DNA of 64,000 bases from Gemmatimonadota bacterium (GTDB lineage Bacteria > Gemmatimonadota > Gemmatimonadetes > Gemmatimonadales > GWC2-71-9), in assembly GCA_003222035.1 (NCBI GenBank), contig QHUS01000050.1:43064-107063 (forward strand). The letters are read 5' to 3'. Made by a program: the position numbers and the translations under genes. Below are positions 60,674 to 64,000 of this stretch, one piece after another. The notes under the pieces are model-generated. The model did not search any database. It saw only the letters and a list, made by a program, of their open reading frames with translations, and was not told the DNA's origin. Positions within the stretch are counted from its first letter, which is position 1. Each line of letters starts with the position of its first letter.

Positions 60674-61090
60674 ATGCCATTGGTCGGCCGTGCAGCAGCC
60701 TGCCTCCTGATCGCGCTCGCGTGGAGCGTGCCCCTCGCCGCACAACAGGCGTCCGCCGAGGATGCCATCCGCACCGAGCTCCTAGAGTTCTACCGCGATT
60801 ACCGAGCCGATCACTGGCCCGATGTGCTCGATCACTTCTGGGTCGGCAAGATCACCGCTCGGTGGACGGCCCCCACCGCGGACAGCGCTTGGATCGACGC
60901 GCGTCCGATCTCGGGAGATTCGGCGTGCGCGCTGGAGCAGCAGGGGAAGCTCGCGCTGTCCATCGTGGTGATCGCCGACCGCTGGGCCCGCGTGTTCGCC
61001 GCCGGGCGGACCTGTACGGCGCCGCCGGACGAGCTGTGGATGCTTCGGGTCGGTGGGGCCTGGAGAATCGCGCGGATGATCCGCGGCTGA
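60674..61090 (+). CDS. exported NTF2-like hypothetical protein
   Basis: Signal peptide MPLVGRAAACLLIALAWSVPLAAQQ. Ends ELWMLRVGGAWRIARMIRG, as in SnoaL/DUF4440-type folds. Confidence 0.6.
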   Translation: MPLVGRAAACLLIALAWSVPLAAQQASAEDAIRTELLEFYRDYRADHWPDVLDHFWVGKITARWTAPTADSAWIDARPISGDSACALEQQGKLALSIVVIADRWARVFAAGRTCTAPPDELWMLRVGGAWRIARMIRG

Positions 61091-61136
61091 GAGCCGCTCT
61101 CGGCCGAGTCGCGCTCGCGGTTGGCATGCTGCGCCC

Positions 61137-61826
61137 CTACTCGGCGGTCAGACTTCCCGTGCGTAGCCCGACCTCGTCCAAGTGTTGCATCAGGTCGGCG
61201 GGGTCCTGGTACACGCGGTACGCGCCGGCGCGCTCCAGCTCGTCTGCTCCGTAGCCGCCGGACAGGAGCCCGACGCCGAGCGCGCGCGCCCGTCGCGCCG
61301 CGAGCAGGTCCCAAACGCTGTCCCCCACCACCACTGAGTCCTCCACTCGCACGCCTAGCCGCTGAGCGCCTGCCACGAACAGATCGGGATCGGGCTTCGC
61401 GTACTCCACCTGGTCGCGCGTGATGATTGGGACGTCGGGCGGGATGTCGAGCAGCGCGAGCGTCTGCTTGGCGCTCTCCATGCGCCCGCTTGTCCCGATG
61501 GCCCACGGCACGCCCATCCTGGTCAGATAGGCGAGCAGCTCGCGGGCGCCCGGGAGGGGACGAACCTCGTGCACCATGCGGGCGTAGGCCGCGCCATGGA
61601 CCTGCATGATCTTGGCCGCCTGCTCCGGCTTCAACTCGCGGCCCGTCTCGCGGAGCAGGGCGTTGACGAACAGCCCGCCACTCATCCCGATGCGGCGGTG
61701 GATGCGCCACACGGCGAGCTCGATGCCGGCGCTCTCGAGCGCGTCGCGCCACGCCAGCACGTGCTGATACACGCTATCGACGAGGGTGCCGTCGAGATCG
61801 AAGAGGAATGCGGGGCCGGAGGGCAT
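61137..61826 (-). CDS. HAD-superfamily hydrolase (phosphoglycolate phosphatase-like, subfamily IA)
   Basis: Motif I FLFDLDGTLVDS, motif II GTSG, K in YAKPDP, motif IV VGDSVWD. Confidence 0.85.
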   Translation of the reverse strand: MPSGPAFLFDLDGTLVDSVYQHVLAWRDALESAGIELAVWRIHRRIGMSGGLFVNALLRETGRELKPEQAAKIMQVHGAAYARMVHEVRPLPGARELLAYLTRMGVPWAIGTSGRMESAKQTLALLDIPPDVPIITRDQVEYAKPDPDLFVAGAQRLGVRVEDSVVVGDSVWDLLAARRARALGVGLLSGGYGADELERAGAYRVYQDPADLMQHLDEVGLRTGSLTAE

Positions 61827-61915
61827 CGCGGTCCGGTAATGTACTCTGTGAGCTGACCCCGGGGCGGTGCCCCGGGGCGCAGGGTCGGACTGTGCTACGC
61901 CTCCGTGCTACGCAT

Positions 61916-63133
61916 CTATTTCAGCAGCATATCATGCGGCCGTGCTTGGCCTGTCGGGAAATGCTCGAAGTCCACGTCGAATTTCGCGTCGAGCGTCAGC
62001 CCGTTGGCGCCGACGTTCACGAGCCGCACCGCGTACGGCACCTTCCCGTCGAGATTCGAGAGCAGCGAGTTGCTGACGTACAGGCGCTTGTTGTCGGGCG
62101 TGAGCTTCATCATCTGGGCTTGCTGAATCGCCACGCTGCTCAGGAGCTTGGGGTGCATCACATCGGCGATGTCGTACTGTTGCACCGCGCCGCCGCCGAA
62201 CAAGGACACGAACAGGAACTTGTTGTCGTACGAGATCCGCATGTCCGCGGGGATGGCGTTGTCGGCCAGCTTGAGCACCCGGTGGAACGCGACCTTCCCG
62301 TCCTGGCCCACCTCCCAATGCCACACGCTGTTGCCGAACGCGCAGTTGATAAACCCGCCCCGCGCCGCCGGCCCGTGCATCCAGCGCACCTCGAGCGGAG
62401 CCTTGTCGAGGTGCTCGGTCTGGAGGACCTTGCCCGTCTTGTAGTCCCAGGCGACTACCTCGTCACCCACCTGATCCATCGGCGTGTTTCCCGCCTTCAC
62501 CGCGTGGGGGTGCGCCCAGCTCGATGTGATGATCAGGTTCAGCTCCGGCTTGATCCCGACGTCGTACATGTAGTTCGGCGCGGGGAGCGCCTTCACGAAG
62601 TTGCCGTCATTGTCGAGCTGGACCAGCGCGCCCGGCGCGCCGCCGTCCTTCGAGCCGAGCATCGCGATCAGCACCCCACTGGGCACCGCGTAGAAGGTGT
62701 GCGGACCGGAAAACCCCGTGCTCGCCGCGAGGTCGGGCACGGTCTTCAGGAGCTTGGGGTGCTTCGGATCCGTGGCGACGTCGTAGACGAACAGCCGGTT
62801 CGAAAAGAGCCCACCCGCGAAGATCCGGTCGGCGTTCGCCGTGTAGCCGAAGTGGTGCGCTTCGTTCGCGGGCGACCCCGTGGGCACTGTGGCGACGACC
62901 TTCCCGTATTTGGACGAGGTCGGATTGGCGTCGAGCACCGTGAGAAAATCAGGGTCCTTCTGATCGGCGTCGCTGGTCCAGACGTACAGCAGGGACTCGT
63001 GCTGATCGGCCCGCAGGCCTCGGACGAACACCGACTCGTCTTCTGGTCCCCGCGGGCCGGGCACGACCGCCGCCGGGAGGGCGGCGCAGAGCAACAGCAG
63101 TAGGGCGCGCTTCACGATGTATCTCCTTCGCAC
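61916..63133 (-). CDS. selenium-binding protein (SBP56) family protein, methanethiol-oxidase-like
   Basis: Signal peptide. LYVWTSDADQKDPDFLTVLD, NEAHHFGY, GPHTFY, SSWAHP, LYVSNSL are characteristic of bacterial SBP56/MTO beta-propellers. Confidence 0.8.
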   Translation of the reverse strand: MRRRYIVKRALLLLLCAALPAAVVPGPRGPEDESVFVRGLRADQHESLLYVWTSDADQKDPDFLTVLDANPTSSKYGKVVATVPTGSPANEAHHFGYTANADRIFAGGLFSNRLFVYDVATDPKHPKLLKTVPDLAASTGFSGPHTFYAVPSGVLIAMLGSKDGGAPGALVQLDNDGNFVKALPAPNYMYDVGIKPELNLIITSSWAHPHAVKAGNTPMDQVGDEVVAWDYKTGKVLQTEHLDKAPLEVRWMHGPAARGGFINCAFGNSVWHWEVGQDGKVAFHRVLKLADNAIPADMRISYDNKFLFVSLFGGGAVQQYDIADVMHPKLLSSVAIQQAQMMKLTPDNKRLYVSNSLLSNLDGKVPYAVRLVNVGANGLTLDAKFDVDFEHFPTGQARPHDMLLK

Positions 63134-63268
63134 AGGTAACCGTCCAGCTACGAAGGATGTGAACCTATCCTGCGGGTAGCTGCGGGCAAGGGCTGGAGGG
63201 TGTGCATTGCGGCTGCCTGCCCTACGGCCATATTACCTCCCCTCCCGGTTCTTCCTCGAGAGCGCGTT

Positions 63269-63733
<465 letters not shown>

Positions 63734-63752
63734 GGAGGAGGAGGAGGCCCGC

Positions 63753-64000
63753 ATGGCAACGCTCTTCGGCTCCGGCATCAAGCGGCGCGAAGACCCGCGG
63801 CTCATCACCGGCAGGGCGACGTACACCGACGACGTGAAGCTCCCCGGCCTCCTCTATGCGGCCATTCTGCGTAGCACCTACGCGCACGCCAAGCTCAAGA
63901 AGATCGATGTTGGGAAGGCGAAGAAGGCTCCGGGAGTCGCCGCCGTGTACACCGGCGTGGACGTGAAGGACAAGCTCAACACGGTCCCGTGCGCGTGGAA
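63753..64000 (+). CDS. molybdopterin-binding large subunit (CoxL-like), N-terminal 82 codons only
   Basis: GGGAGGAGGAGGAGG Shine-Dalgarno. [41 protein letters not shown]... It runs off the right edge. Confidence 0.85.
   Translation, partial: MATLFGSGIKRREDPRLITGRATYTDDVKLPGLLYAAILRSTYAHAKLKKIDVGKAKKAPGVAAVYTGVDVKDKLNTVPCAW

Noticed and set aside
61808-63103. 431-aa plus-strand ORF
   Set aside because: It is antisense to the SBP56-family gene. The sequence is Arg/His/Val/Asp-rich with no motifs.

Overview
This is a 64-kb, very GC-rich (about 70% by eye, not computed) and densely packed bacterial chromosomal segment. I call about 75 protein-coding genes. Many are translationally coupled through 1-4-nt start/stop overlaps (ATGA, GTGA, TGATG, TAATG). 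I found no rRNA, tRNA, CRISPR array, integrase, transposase or obvious prophage. The protein repertoire (Ser/Thr kinase with TPR tail, several DinB and NTF2-like proteins, large TPR lipoproteins, XoxF) suggests a soil Gemmatimonadota/Acidobacteriota-like organism; this is inference only.

Main blocks:
1. Exported proteins, a LuxR/TPR regulator, and a GlnPQ-type amino-acid ABC transporter (0.5-10 kb).
2. A REC-GGDEF protein plus a DNA-damage-flavoured neighbourhood: ogt, a ComEC-like MBL hydrolase with DUF3006, a Ser/Thr kinase, two DinB genes and an ATP-dependent DNA ligase (10.8-20.2 kb).
3. An ECF sigma / anti-sigma / Spy-like operon, an aldo-keto reductase and a fatty-acid desaturase (20-24.5 kb).
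4. An uncharacterised operon of a JAB/MPN-like protein with two small zinc-type proteins (24.9-26.1 kb).
5. A complete purine/urate catabolic supercluster: allB-alc-uraD-uraH-puuD facing a three-subunit xanthine dehydrogenase plus a CitE-like gene (26.3-35.2 kb).
6. A second Mo-hydroxylase operon (CoxSLM-like, not a true CODH) followed by cyclase and amidase genes (35.3-41.3 kb).
7. An acyl-CoA synthetase, an esterase, an S8 peptidase with a stand-alone prodomain-like gene, and peptidoglycan hydrolase genes (44-52 kb).
8. An ABC-2 exporter and a GNAT gene (52.9-56 kb).
9. A XoxF-type (DYD, lanthanide-type) PQQ alcohol dehydrogenase with cytochrome c and a K+ channel, an SBP56/methanethiol-oxidase-like gene, and a third CoxS/CoxL pair running off the right edge (57.3-64 kb).

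The many very long ORFs in the supplied track are mostly GC-driven shadow frames. I used internal starts supported by signal peptides, Shine-Dalgarno motifs, coupling geometry and family-level sequence motifs. All family assignments come from motif recognition by eye; no database search was run. I did not find a clear-cut novel system. The best candidates for follow-up are the JAB/zinc-protein operon with its distant paralogue, the xoxF-cytochrome-K+ channel operon, the Mo-hydroxylase-cyclase-amidase module with its repeat array, and several unusual translation/termination geometries.
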